Notes under the pieces: model-generated
Database searches by the model: none
What the model was told of the DNA's origin: nothing
Seen by the model: the letters and a program-made list of their open reading frames with translations, nothing else
Shown here: in pieces, positions 34,820 to 49,175 of the stretch
Layout: each line of letters begins with the position of its first letter
Position numbering within the stretch: the stretch's first letter is position 1
Made by a program: the position numbers and the translations under genes
From: Hemiscyllium ocellatum
Taxonomy: Eukaryota
Reading direction: 5' to 3'
DNA length: 64,000 nt
NCBI RefSeq assembly: GCF_020745735.1
Contig: NC_083409.1
Location: 12,523,259-12,587,258 of the forward strand

Positions 34820-37440
34820 AAGTATATCCCAAAAAATTGCAGCACAGGGTCTAGAGCAAGGGAGGAACCGGAGAAAATCAATTTTATTAGGGAAATGGTT
34901 TTGGGAAAATTGATGGGATTAATGTTCAATTAATCCATGGGGACCAATAATCTTCATCCCAGAGGACTTCAGGAAGTGGCCTGAAAATTTTGGGAATATT
35001 AGCGTTCATCTTCCAAGATTCTATAGATTCTGGAACAGTTCCTGCAGGTTGGGGAGTTGCTGATGTAACCTCACAATTTCAAAAGAGAGGGAGTGAGAAA
35101 ACGGGGAATTTTAGACCAGTCAGCCTGACATTGGTATTAGGGAAAATACTGGAGTCCATTACAAAAGATTTAGTGGCTGAGCACATGGAAAACAGTGACA
35201 GGGTTGGACGGAGTCAGATGGATTGCCATGCTGAACAAATCCACTGGAATTGTTCGAGGATGTAACGAATGGACTTGATGAGGGCGAGCCAGTGGATGTG
35301 GTTAATTTGAACTTCCAGAATGCTTTTAATAAATCTTACAGAAGAGATATAAAATTAAGGCTCATAGGATTGGGCAGTATTTTGGCATGGATAGGGAATT
35401 GGTTGGCAGATAGGAAACAAAGAGTTGGAATAAACAGGCTTTTTTTCTGAAAGAGTACCACAGTTATTCGTCATATCACTGAATGTCTTAGATGAAGGAA
35501 GCTAAGAGTAATATCTCCAATTTTTCAGATAATACAAAGCTGTGTGGGCGGGGGAGCTTGGAGGAGGATGCAGAGATCCTTTTGTGCGATTTGAACAAAT
35601 TGAGTTAGTGCCAGATGAAATGCAATGTGGATAAATGTGAGGTGACATAGTTGAGTCACAAAAATGTGAATGCAGATTATGATCTGAGTGGTGATAGATT
35701 GGGAATGGGGAGGTTCAATGAGACCTTGGCGTCCTTACATATCAGTCACTAAAAGTCAGCGTGCAGGAGCAGCTGGCAATGAAGAAGGTAAATAGGATGT
35801 TGGTCTTCATAGTGAGGGGATTCGAGAACAGGAGAGGGGTGCCTTAATGCAATTTTACAGGGCTTTAGTGAGATCACCTCAGGAGTACTCAACCCAAAAT
35901 TGGCTCAGTGACAGGAGACAGACGGTGAAGGCAGAAAGTTGTGTGTGTGAGTCGAGTACAGTGTGCAGTGGGATACCACAGGGGTCAGTCCCTTATTGCT
36001 TGTGATTTATAGAAATTATGTAGATGAGATTGTTGGAACGGAGTGCTGGTAACTCAGTTTGTAGATGACACAAAGATTGGCCGGATGGTTGACAGTGAGG
36101 AAGAAGATATTAGGTTATGGAAGGGTATAACCGGATTGGTCAGATGGGCAGATCAGAGTCAGATGGAATTTAACCCTAATAAATGTGACGTGATGCCTTT
36201 AGGAAGACACGACAGGTTGATAGGGTAGTTGTGAAGGCATATAAAAAAACTTTCCTTCAACACTTCAGCTATCGATTATAAGACAGGGTAGATATGTTGG
36301 AGCTGTACAGTCTTTGGTTCGGCCAAAGGAACCAAAGTGCAGTTGTGGTCACCATAGGAGGGATGTGAATGTACTGGACAGGGTTGCAGCTCATGGAATA
36401 CAGGGAAAACTAGCCATTTGGACACAGAACTGGCTCAAAGGTAGAAGACAGAGGGTGGTGGTGGAGGGTTGCTTTTCAATTGGAGGCCTGTGGCCAATGG
36501 TGTGCCACAAGGATCATTGCTGAGTTCACCGCTTTTCAACATTTATATAACTGATTTGAATGTCAACGTAGGAGGTATAATTAGCAAGTGTGCAGATGAC
36601 ACCAAAATTGGAGGTTAATGGACAGGGAAGAAGGTTATCTCAGATTACAATGGGATCTTGATCAGTGGGCCAAGGGGCAGATGGAGTTTAATTTAGATGA
36701 ATGTGAGGTGCTGAATTTTGGAAAGGCAAATCAGAGCAGGACTTAAACAGGAAGGTCTTGGGGAGTGTTGCTGAACAAAGAGACCTTGGAGTTCAGGTTC
36801 ATTGCTCCTTGAAGTCACAGGTAGATAGGATAGTGAAGAAGGTGTTTGGTATGCTTTCCTTTATAGATCAGAGTATTGAGTACAGGAGTTGGGAGGTCAT
36901 GTTGCAGCTGTACAGGACATTGGTTAGACCACTTTTGGAATATTGAGTGCAATTCTGGTCTCCTTTCAATTGGAAAGATGTTGTGAAACTTGAACGGGTT
37001 CAGAAAAGATTTACAAAGATGTTGCCAGGGTTGGAGGATCTGAGCTACAGGGAGAAGCTGAACAGGCTGGGGCTGTTTTCCCTGGATCATCAGAAGCTGA
37101 GGGGCGACCTTATAGAGGCTTATAAAATCATGAGGGGCATGGGTCGGGTAAATAGACAAGGTAGTCCAGAATTAGGGGTTTAGGGTGAGATGGGAATAAA
37201 TGTAAAAGTGACCTTTTTCACACAGAGGATGGTGCGTAAGTTAAATGAGAGAGTGGTGGAGCTGGTACAATTGCAACATTTAAAAGGCATCTGGATATGT
37301 ATATGACTAGGAAGGGTTTAGAGGGATATGGGCCAAGTGCTGGCAGGTGGGACTAGATTAGTTTAGGATATCTGGTCAGCATGGACGAGTTGGACTGAAT
37401 GGTCAGTTTCCATGCTGTACATCCCTATGACTCCATGAGT
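34820..37440 (+). mobile_element. Patchwork of degraded CR1 RT and 3' fragments
   Basis: GNFRPVSLT, FVDDTKIG, RTLVRPLLEY, LERVQKRFTKMLPG. Confidence 0.85.
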
Positions 37441-37604
37441 GTATGACAGAGCAGATTAACCAGGATGTTGCCTGGGATGGAGTATTTCAGCAATGAGGTG
37501 AGGCGGGATAAGCTTGGGATGTTTTCTTTGGAGCAGAGAAGGATTAGGCAGGACCTAATAGAGATATTTAAGATTATGAGGGGAATAGACAGGGTGGAAC
37601 TTTC

Positions 37605-37770
37605 TGAGGAGCAGGAAAATCAACGTTTTGGGCAAAAGCCTTTCATTAGGATTAAAGGGCTCCTGCCTGAAACATCGATTTTCCTCATCCTCGGATGTTG
37701 CCTGACCTGCCGTGCTTTTCCAGCACCACTCTAGTATTGACTCTGATCTCCAGCATCTGCAATCCTCATT
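37605..37770. repeat. Decayed, asymmetric palindromic Penelope-terminus element
   Basis: gggcaaaagcctttcattagg ... aagggctcctgcctgaaacatcgatttt. Confidence 0.7.
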
Positions 37771-39749
37771 TTCGCCTAGGGCAGAATTTTCTCCTGAGGA
37801 GTAGGATCAACAATATGTTGGCACACATTCAATGTCAAAGAAGAGAGGATTTGAGGAAAAGGTTCTCACCGAGAAGTCGCACAGGAGGGTAGATGAGGTG
37901 GGTAATCTCACAACCTTTAAAAAATACTGAGATCAACACTTGAAATGTCATAACATTCATAGCAATGGGCCTCATGTTGGAAGGTGCAACTACTGTAGGT
38001 TTAATGACAGATTCAATGGCCTGAAATGCCTCTTCTGTGCTATATGATTTTATGCTCCTGTTGTGTGCACCTTTGGTCTCCTTATCTGACTGCAGGACCA
38101 CATCCCTTTTCTCCCTCTGTCACTGGGACTGATGTGGACCACGACTGCTGCCTGTTCCCCCTCTCTCCTCAGGGAGCTCTGCAGTCGCTCAATGACATCC
38201 TTGACCCTGGCACCAGGGAGACAACACACCATCCTGAATTCTCATCTGCAGCTGCAGAAACACCTATCGATGCCCTCACTCTCGAATCTCCTTTCACTAT
38301 CACTCTTCCAGTCTTCCTTGTGCCCCCCTGTACAGCTGAGCCCCCCGTGGTGCCAGGGGCTTGGCTATGGCTGCACTCCCCAGATGAACCATCATTCTCA
38401 TCAGGATTCTGAACTGAATCCTGGTTGGAGAGTGGGATGCACTCAGGGGATTCCTGTACTAGATGTCTGATCCTTTTGGACTGTCTGCTGCTCCCCCATT
38501 CCCTCTCTCCCTGCATACTCTGAAACTGCAGAGTGACTACATCTAGAAACGTACACTTCACGGAGCTCTCAGCCTCACGGACGCTCCGCACTGACACCAG
38601 CTGCTGCTCAAGCTCCGAAACCTGGAGCTCCAACTGCTGTCACTGACCACACTTCCTGTACTCATGGTATTCCAGGAGCTGGGAATCATCCTGAACATGG
38701 AACAGGATGCTTGCCATCTCAACTCCCTGGCTATCTCTTAGCAAAGTCCTGATGACAAACAGCCACAGCAGGATTTGTAATCCAGTGATCTCAGTATTCC
38801 AGGGTTTTGGGGAAACTCTCCATAAGAGCATAATGCCTTAAGATGGAGGAACAGAATTTGGCCAATCAACCTATCAAGTCTGCTGTGCCATTTGACCATA
38901 GCTGATTGTTTCTCAACCCCTTTCTCCTGCCTTCTCCCCTACCAGTCAACAGCCTCGCTATCTCTGTTTTAAACACACTCACCGACTTCACCTCCACAGT
39001 CTTCTATGGCAATGAGTTCCACAGATTCACCACCCTCTGGCTGAGGAAATTCTTCCTCGTCGCATTTCGAAAGGGTCATTCTTTAACTCTAAGTCTGTGC
39101 CCTCAGGTCTGAGTTTCATTGGCTAGTGGAAGCATCCTCTCCGCACCACTCTATCCAGACCTCCCAGTATATTGTAAGTTTCAATCAGATACGGCACCCC
39201 TCCCCATGTCTTTCCAAATTCCATGAAGTAGAGACCCAAAATTCTCAATTGCAGCTCACATGACAAGCCCAGGATCATTCTTGCAAAGCTCTTCTGGACC
39301 CCCTCCAATGCCAGCACACCCTTCTTGAGTTGTGCAGCCCAAACTGCTCACAATATGCCAAATGTGGTCTGACCATAGCCTTATCCAGCCTCAGCAGTCC
39401 ACTTGTATTCTAGTTCTGTCACAACGAATGCCAGCATTGCTTTTGCCTTCATAATTGCCAACTGAACCTGCATGTTAACCTCAAGAAAAACCTGAACAAG
39501 TTCCTTTCTGCTTCAGATTTCCAAATCTCCCCCCTATTTAGAAAATAGACAACACCTCTATTCTTCCCGCCAAAGTGCACAACCTTGCACTTTCCCACAT
39601 TGTATTCCATCTGCCACTTCTTTGCACTCTCTCGCCTAGCTGGTCCAAGTCCATCTGCAGCCTCCCTGATTCCTCAACACTACCTGTCCCTCCATCTAAC
39701 TTTCTGTCATCTGCAAACTTAGCAGCAATGGTCTCAGTCCTTTTTCCAG

Positions 39750-40031
39750 AGGCATGGTGGCTCAGTGGCTAGCACTGCTGCCTCACAGTGCCAGGGACCC
39801 AGGTTCAATTCAACCTTGGTTGACTATCTGTATGGAATTTGCACATTCACCCTGTGTCTGTGTGGGTTTCCTCCCCCGTTCCAAAAGAAAATGTGCAGGC
39901 TGTGAATTGGCCGTGCTAAACTGCCCATCGTATTAGGTGCATTAGTTGGGGGAAATGAGTGTGGGTGGGTTACTCTTTGGAGGGGAGGGTTGGGCTGAAG
40001 GGCCTGCTTCCACACTGTAGGGAATCTAATC
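39750..40031 (+). mobile_element. HE1-like SINE
   Basis: Head and tail motifs. Confidence 0.85.
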
Positions 40032-40087
40032 ATCAATGCATAATTAATTTTTATGTGAGTAGCTGTAGTCCCAACACTGACCACTGT

Positions 40088-40315
40088 AGATGTGAAGCTG
40101 AAGAGCACAGCAGATCAGATAACATCCGAGGAATATGCAAGTCAATGTTTTGGGCTGAAATCCTTCGTTAGGACTGACCTGACTGACTAACCTTCCCTAA
40201 CGAAGGGTTTCAACCTGAAACATTGACTTTCCTGCACCTCAGATGCAGACTGACCTGCTGTGCTCTTCCAGCTTCACATCTATTGACTCTGACTTCCAGC
40301 ATCTGCAATCCTTAC
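40088..40315. repeat. Decayed palindromic Penelope-terminus element
   Basis: Imperfect inverted arms (agatgtgaagctg...cagcttcacatct) with mutated hammerhead cores (CTAACGA...GAAACATT). Confidence 0.75.
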
Positions 40316-41806
40316 TGTCTCCTAGTCACTGACCCCGCAGATTTCCACTAAGCCCTGTCCACCACCCCAAAAAAATTCATTTTATCCTTCTCCCTATCCA
40401 TGCCAGTATTGTGCCCATCTTATTTTAGTTTTCAGCTCATGTATGGCAACTTGTCAAAATCTTCTGGCAATCCAAATGGATCATGTGCATTGGCTCTCCT
40501 CTGTCTAACTTGCTCATTAACACCTACTGTTACATCAGATTCCAGCTTCTCCTTCTCAAACTGCAGGGTGAATTCTATCATATTATGGTCACTACCCCCT
40601 AGAGGATTTTTCATCTTCTCTCGTATCAGTTTTGCCTCATTACACATCACCAGATGCAGAACTGCCTGTTCCATAGTGGGCTATACCATAGGCTGTTCCC
40701 AAAAATCCATTTCATAGATAATCCAAAATTCCCTTCCTTGAGATCAGCTACCAGTTTGATTTTCCCTGTCCACCGCATATTCAAATTCCCAATGATTGTT
40801 GTAACATTGCCTTTCTTACATGATAAATCAATCTCCTGATTTATTTTCTTCCCCACTATCACTAGGAGGCCTGTACATGTGCCCTGTCAGGATCTTTTTC
40901 CCTTTGTGGTTCCTCAACTGTAACCCCACAGATTCTACACTTTCTGACTCCATAAAGCTCTTGCTATCGATTTAATTTCATTTCTTACTCACAAGACAAA
41001 CCTGGCCCCTCTACCCACCTGCCTGTCTTTTCAATAGAGGACATGTGTCCTTGGATATTTAGTTCCCAGCCCAGATCTCCATGCAGCCACATCTCTGTGA
41101 TACACTCATCTTACCTGCCAGTTTCAATCTACACTGCAAGCTCATTGTGTACACTGTGTGCATTAAAGTACAACACCCTCAGTCCTGCATTGACTGCCCT
41201 CCTTCTCAAGGTTGTCCCCTTTTATGCTGTGTCGAGAGTTAGTTTCCTGACACTTTCCATACTCTCTGTTCTTTTATTTGCCCTGGAAACTTTACTAACA
41301 TCTCCAGATTCCACCCCCATTTAACTAGGTTAAAATCCTTGGGTACTTGATTTACACTGATCTGCCACATGACTTTACCTTTTTCCAAATGTTTCATGCA
41401 TTGAGATATAAGGCCTTTTAGTTTGTTCCATTCTCAAGTAACCCTGTACTTTTATGGTTCCTTGGTACATTGCAGCATTTTCAAATTCTGTGTCTTCCTT
41501 TTATTTCCTGGTATCAATCAATCTCATCACAAACCAGCCATTCTGCCCTCTCCTTTAACTTTCATTTTCTCGTTTTCTACCTCTTTGGATGGAGTTCAGG
41601 TGAATATTTGTCCCTGAAACATTAGTGTATATGCTCCTTGGATCTCATTGTTGCTTGTGTCACCTTCTTGTGTACAAACTGGTTGTGACATTCCACACAT
41701 TACAACAGTGACTGGTCTTCAGTCAAGACCCTCACTGTCTGTAAATGTCTTTGGGAGAGCAAAAGGTGTGAAATACTCAATGGAAATACATGCCTTTTCT
41801 ATGGAG

Positions 41807-42100
41807 TGGCACGGTGGCTCAGTGGTTAGCACTGCTGCCTCACAACACCAGGGACCCAGGTTTGATCCCTGCCTCGTTCTCCCCATGACTGTATGGGTTC
41901 CTTCCAGGTGCTCTGGTTTCTTCCCACAGTCCAAAGGTGTGCGGGTTAGGGGAAACTGGCCATGCTAAATTGCCCATAGTGTTAGGTATGTTAGTCAGGG
42001 GTAAATTATAGGGAAGTGAGCTTTGGAGGGTTACTGTTCGGAGGGCTGGTGTGGACTTGTTGGGCTGAAGGGCCTGTTTCCATACTGGAAGGAATCTAAC
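41807..42100 (+). mobile_element. HE1-like SINE
   Basis: Head and tail motifs. Confidence 0.85.
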
Positions 42101-42631
42101 CTTTTTTTAAAAAAAACTGGGAGTCTTTCAGTTGTGAGAAAAGCCATTCTATGGCACTATTAAATGAAGAGCAGGGCAGTTTCCCCCTGGTGTATTGGTC
42201 AATTGACCTCCTCCCAAAAACCATCACTAAAACTCTGATCCTCTGCTCATTATCATGATCGTATTGTGCCCAGTCTGCTGGAAAGAGCCACTGGGACATC
42301 CTGAGGTGGGACAGGTGCTACACAAACGCAAGTTTTTCTTAGTGGTTGGAGTCTCCTGATCCTGACCCTCACCCATTGTCCATGCATTCTCACCTTCCAA
42401 GGGTTATTTAGAGCACTGATGCTGTCTGACCCGGGGACACTGAGACTTATTGCAGCCTCACCCTTGACTTCAGCACAGTGCTGGGCAGCAAGGTTTGAAA
42501 TGTCATCTAGAACCTTCTACATGGAGGGGACCCAACATTACTCCATCCTGATGTGTTCTGATCCAAATCTGCTCCAATGTTTTCAGATAAAGATCTGTGA
42601 GTGGCCAGAGGTTTGTTAAAGAGATATTGTG

Positions 42632-42950
42632 TGGGCAGCACAGTGGTTAGCCCTGCTGCCTGACAGCACGAGGGAACTGGGTTTGATTACACTCTCAGGT
42701 GACTGTCTGTATGAAATTTGCACATTCTCCCTGTGTCTGCTCGGGTTTCCTCTGATAGTCCAAAGACGTGCAATTTGGTGGATTGGACATAGTAAATTGC
42801 TCCTAGGGTCCTGGGTTCTGCAAGCCAGGTGGATTAGCCATGGGGTTGCAGGGATAGTGTAGGGGGAGGGTCTGGGTGGGATGCTCTTTGGAGGGTTGGT
42901 GTGGACTTAAGGAGCTGAATGACTTGCTCCCATATTGTAAGGATTCTATG
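42632..42950 (+). mobile_element. Older HE1-related SINE
   Basis: Diverged head, core and tail. Confidence 0.75.
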
Positions 42951-44040
42951 ATAATGTGCTCCATCCCACTTTCCAGCTCTTACTCTGGAGGTTTTGGTGT
43001 TTCAAGTGAATATCGAATTTTTTGTAATGTGGTGAGGTTTCTGCCTCTCCCAAACTTTCAGATAGTGAATCCTAGATCCATCCACCCTCTGAGTGAAAAA
43101 CGTACTCAACTCCCGTTGAACCCTGCCCCCAATTCATTTTAATGGCTCCCCAGGGTTATTGCCCTCTCTGCTGATGGAAATCAGTCCTTTCTACCCACTC
43201 TATCCAGGCCCCTCATCATTTTACACACCACAATCAAATCTCCCCTCAGCCTCCTCTGTTCCAAAGAAAACATTCCCAGCCAAACCAATCAGTCCTTAGA
43301 TCTAAAACTCTGCATTCCTTAGAAAATCCTTGTGAATCTCCTCTGTCTACTCTCTCATAGGATCACATCCTGAAAGGCTCTAACTACAGTTTTACACAGT
43401 TGATCTGTTCACCAGAACCATACAGAGGATTGAACTCCTGGTATCCAATATCACCTTTCCGGTTTAGTCTGCCCAACTCTGGTTGGTTTTTCATATCCCA
43501 GGGTGAGAGTCGAGATTTGGGAGCCCCACCCTTACTCACTGTGGGAACAGATTCTAAATGATCTGGGGCTCCTCCTTGAAGACCTCCCACTGCCCCGCCA
43601 CTGATTTCCCAAGAAGTCACCAGTTCCAGTCCACTTTTACTAAATTATCACATCATTTAGTAAAATGGTTTGTTCCCAAATGAAAACTTTTACACTTGTT
43701 CCGTCCCTACTCTCAATCTCACTGAGTTCTGATCACTGGCACTGAAATGCTCCCCCATTGATAGTCCTTCCAGCTGCCCACATTCATTCCCTTAACAATG
43801 GTCCAAAACTGTCCCTTCTCTTTCACCATCACCTTCTCAGGGGCAATTAGGGATGGTAATAAACACTGGCACTGCCAGTGAGACTCGCGTCCCAAGATAC
43901 AATTTAAACAATACCTGTCCTTTTGTCGGGTTTATTACGTTTTGGTTACAAACGTTCAAAAGGATTTTCTTTGCCAGTTAATGTTAGAGTTGAAATCCTT
44001 TCGAACGTCAGAGCTTAAAATTGTTTCTCTTGTCTTTCAG

Positions 44041-44369
44041 ACCGTGAGAACTCTCAGCCCAAGCTGACCCTGCTGCCCCCCTCCCTGGAGCAGGTCAATG
44101 CCAAGGGCACTGCCACCCTGGTGTGCCTTGCCAATCACTTCTATCCCGATGAGCTGGAGGTGCAGTGGAAGAAGGATGGCGCAGTCATTTCGGACAGGGT
44201 TCAGACCAGCAACTACCTGCGAGCTTCGGACAGCACCTACAGTGTCAGCAGCCTGCTGACCCTCTCTGGGTCTGACTGGGAGTCCAACGCTCACTTCTCC
44301 TGTGCCCTCACCCACGTGACCCTCCCCTCTCCCCTCAGCAAGAGCATCAGGAGATCAGAATGTGTGTAG
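44041..44369 (+). CDS. IGKC: Ig kappa-type constant exon, copy 2 (open frame, possibly orphan)
   Basis: Acceptor tctttcag ends at 44040. 8 nt differences from copy 1 over 329 nt (including P>L, G>R, R>H). AATAAA at 44885-44890. Confidence 0.9.
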
Positions 44370-45843
44370 AGTGTTGGAGACAGTCCATAGAGGAGACACA
44401 ACTTTAAACAGAACAGGGCTGAGCTGGCAGGACAAAGGTCATTGTCAGCACTGAATTTCAACTCTCTTCCTTCTCAGGACTGGCTCAGAGACAGGTGAGG
44501 TTCAGGGGTTAAGGCAGATCATTAGGACACTGGGAGCTTTATGCTGTATCTGTGTGCTGTCCCTATCCTGGGATTATTTGATGGGGACAGTGTTGACTCC
44601 TATTGCCAAGTAAAACATCTCAAAGATACTGAAAACTGTCAGCTGTACAAAACAATGTGAACCTCAGAAGTCTCTGCTTCAGTAAACCAGATCTCCTTCC
44701 TGCTCAGCTGCCAGTTCCAATTTAAGGTTTTGTCACTGTTTTAAGGGACAAGATTCTCATGCTATTGAGAAAATCTCCACAAGTGTTTTCCTCAAGCTCC
44801 AATGTGGCTGTGAATTTGTGCAGCTTCCTCTGTCTGGGCTGTTAATTGCTGACTGTTTTCTGTCAATGTCAATCTGGAAAAGGGAATAAAGACGATGATG
44901 ATTTGGTCTCGTGTACGCTGTGGAAATAGACTATCCGCCTCAGCTGATTGATTGACAGGTCACCCAGCCAAGGACACATCTGTAGTTTGAACCGGGAGCC
45001 AATGACTTTCAAATGACCCCTTTGATCTGGAATCCGTCGAGGTTACAAGATTCCAAATAGAACAGAAACTGAAAGCTGTTGGGACTCAATCATTCCAATC
45101 GGAGACATTCCCTCTTCACTCGGTTGGTCCAGACCCAGCTGATGGGATCACACTGTGCACTCTCCACTGCATCCTGGGGAACACACTAAATGATTTAGAT
45201 TACAAATGTTAGAGGCTGCAGTCACAAGATTCATTCCTCTCACTTTAGCCTGTCACAGCTCAAAAGTGAGGTCTTATTTCAGACAGAGGTTCAATCAGGA
45301 ACTCAGAGCATACCTGAGCCTGTATGGGTGTGACTGTTACCCAATGGTGTCTGTAGGTACGTGTCTCTGAGTGCGGGTGTGACTGTTACTCAGTACTGAC
45401 TGTAGGTGTACCTGTCAGTGTGGGTGTGACTGTTACCCAGTTAATGTCTGTAGGTGTGTGCCTCAGCTTTGCAGCATTCTATCCCTCTTTGAGTTTGATT
45501 TGTGTGTGAAACCCAGTTGGTGATTTCAGATTTGTTCAGAGGGGAGGGGATGGAGTGTGCTGTGTCCAGGGAAATTGCGATCGTATCCTGGCCCCCATTC
45601 CCATATTCCTGTTAAAACTAGATTAACGGGATGTTGTTATCAGTGTATTTATAATTGAGATTTACAGGATAGAGTGCAGTCACTTACTGACAACCCCACC
45701 TCGGTCCAGAATGTGGTCATGTTGATACTAATCGAACGTTTGAAGTGAATGGGGAAGAACTGGGATCTTCCTATACAGCTAGCTGAAAGGCCAGTGGTGT
45801 AGAGCGAGCACAGAACACAGCCAGACCAACAACAGTGAGTTAG

Positions 45844-45849
45844 TTTATT
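45844..45849 (-). terminator. Likely RABGAP1L polyadenylation signal
   Basis: AATAAA on the minus strand ~1 kb after the stop codon. Confidence 0.5.
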
Positions 45850-46843
45850 GTTGAAAATACAATTGTTACAAATATAAGCTGCCCCCAAGAGATGGTTGCA
45901 CTAGGGTGAACAACAGGGGGCAGCTGGGTATTACAGATAAACACACCAACAAAAGGAACCTGTTCACTGGGACAACAGGCTGCTGCAAGTTAAGCTTAAA
46001 ATTTCCCCAGATTTTAACTACATTTAATATTGAACTTGTTTGAAAATTAAAGAAACAAGATAGATCATTTGTTCTTTGTACATTGTGCAAATCGAGTCCT
46101 TTAGCTATTCCTCTGTCACGTCCACGCACATTGGTTTGTAAAGACTGAAAAGGGAAAAATGGTGGACAGACCATTGCATAAAGATCCAAGCAGAACATTA
46201 AGTGGGTAAGGCAGGATGAGCAGAGTGCATCATGGGAACTGACCTGAGCAAAACATCATGATCTCTGAGAGTCAATGAATAGGAGCAGCTCTCAGTCCAG
46301 TGAGAGAGAGAAGCAAGCAAGCAAGCAAGGTCTGGAGAGCAAGTAGTTCAGAAAGAGGGAGCACACAGGAGAGTGTGAAAGAAGAAAGGAGAGCAAAGAG
46401 AGACTGGAGAGAGTGAAGAAGATTCTCAGTTCGCCTGCGCAAGGTGACAAATCAGCAAACACTGGCATTTCTCACAGGCCCTTATCTTTCACAGTGCCTG
46501 GAGAACTGACCTGTTCACCACATTAAACCAATGAGACTCTCAATTAACTGCTGTCAATGAAAACGACAAGGTACTGATAGTAAAATACAACATTTCTTGT
46601 TCAACAATATACAAACCATCAATCCGTCAGATTGGATCCCAGAATGAGGAAGGATTTGAATGTACAAAGAGTTGGACAGCTGGCCCTGAGCAGGGCCATT
46701 TCTTGAGCTCGAGGATGGTGTCAGCGGTGAGGGGACTTGCTGTTGAGTTCAGGTGGTCATCCTCAGGATGCTGTTCCCTCACCATCAGGGGCTGAGAAGA
46801 CGGGGTGGAGGGGGGAGAAGGGGGGAGGACGAGGTGTGTGGCA

Positions 46844-47399
<556 letters not shown>

Positions 47400-48166
47400 C
47401 TGGGAATTGAAAAGGCAGCAAGCCTGAGGCACTCGGCAACGACCCTGCGCTTGCGTCTTCTTATCCCACCACCGTGTCGAGAGTTTAATTCCTTATCAGG
47501 AAGAACAACGCGACCGGCTGGGCCAGTATTTACTGTACGTCCCCAATTGCCCTAGAGAAGGGGGTGGTAAGCTGCCTTACTGAAACGTTGCAATCCATTC
47601 AGTGTTGGGGCAGCCACAATGGTGCTAATGTTAGGATTTTGACCCAGCAACACGGAAGGAACAGCAATATCGTTTCTATGCTAGAATGGAGTCTGGCTTT
47701 CCTGATGAGACCTCAGTACTACCATGAACAGCAAACACTGTTTGATCTCAAAGTCAGCTCATCCCCAGGAGAAGGTGGGTGAGCTGCAACTGTGCATGGT
47801 TAAGAAATGCTGGCCCAGTCGGTGGTGTCCACGTCCCATGAGGGAATAAGGAGACATTGATTGTTGGGTATTTAGCTCACTGTAGAAATCTATTCACAAT
47901 CAGGAGGCTGGAGGGGCAGGAATCCTTCAAGACATTTTAGAAACATTTAGCGGAGTCCTTGAAATCCCGTAGCATGCAAGGCTACAGGTCAAGAGCTGGG
48001 AAATGGGATTGGAACATATTTGATGATCAATGGGGACACCATGGACCATAGCACCACTTTCCGAGCGGGAAAGACTGTGACCACACAGGATATAACTGGT
48101 GATTCCATGTGAAGACAGCAGAAAATCAAATGACAGAGTGGGGATCAGAGACTGCTCGATTCCTAC

Positions 48167-48238
48167 CTTCACGAGTTCTAGTTCCTCCTTACTCGCCGCC
48201 TGCTGTCTCTCCAACCGTGTACTCAATTGTGAACAAAT
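48167..48238 (-). CDS. RABGAP1L: RABGAP1L exon (ICSQLSTRLERQQAASKEELELVK)
   Basis: 72 nt, tcag/gtagg boundaries, phase 0. Confidence 0.92.
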
Positions 48239-49175
48239 CTGAACAGAACAAGAGGGAGAGTTAGTGCTGCTCTTGTCACCTCACTGATCCATCCGCATAA
48301 TACTCAGCTGATAACTTTATCAGACTGCACTGTACATAAGTTTAGTAAGAAGGCCTTAATTGTCATGGATTAAACAGGATTTTGTTCCAAAGGAAACTGT
48401 GTCCCTACTTCTGGATATCCTCACAAAAGGTATCCATCTGTCATGTACCCTCAGGGTCTTAAGTTAGCCCAGCATTATCTGTGGAGAGAGAAACAGAGTA
48501 GCGCTTCAGATCTAGTAAGACTTCTGTAGAAACCTTAACTCTTATTTCTTTCTCCGCAGATACCGCCAGACTCGCTGAGTTTCTCCAGCATTCTGCTTTT
48601 GATTTCAGATTTCCAGCATCCACTGTCCACTGCTTTTCTCCCTGAGAATCCTCCGTTTCAACAGGATCACCTCTCATTCCCTAAACTCTAATGTGTACGC
48701 ATATCCAACCTTTCCTCAGAGGATAACCCCCCTCATCCCAGGAATGAGTTGAGTGAACTCTCCCTGAACTGTTTCTGACAATTACATCATAACATACAGA
48801 AGGTGAAATGGCCATTCAGCCCATCAAGTCTGTTTCACGATTCAATGAGATTATGGCTGGTCTGATCATCTTCACTTCCATTTTCCTATCTTTTCCCCAC
48901 AACCCTTGATATCCTTTCTTAAATGAGACCAAAATGATACACAGCTCTCCAGATGAGGCCTCATTAACATCCAGCAGGCAGTAATTGTTAACTGGTGAGA
49001 TGGCCACCAGTACAGCCCTGAGGATTGATTCAATGTACAGGTACTAACTCCTGGCTCCAAATACTCACCATGTTACACTTAACACTTAAAAAAATGAAAA
49101 CATTCTTTTATTATTCAAATGATCAATATAATAGATTTTATTGTTTTGCAACTGTTTTAGGTTCTTCCAAAATGA

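Larger units (their letters stand above)
38085..45170 (+). repeat. Segmental duplication, unit 2 proximal block
   Basis: Paralog of 1123-9560. Confidence 0.9.

Noticed and set aside
36318-36345. ttcggccaaaggaaccaaagtgcag resembles a J-kappa (FG-KGTKV) with a 1-nt insertion
   Set aside because: It is embedded in a CR1 RT remnant (ttggtt.ggcca...gtgcagtt.tggtcacc), with no upstream heptamer/nonamer and no splice donor.
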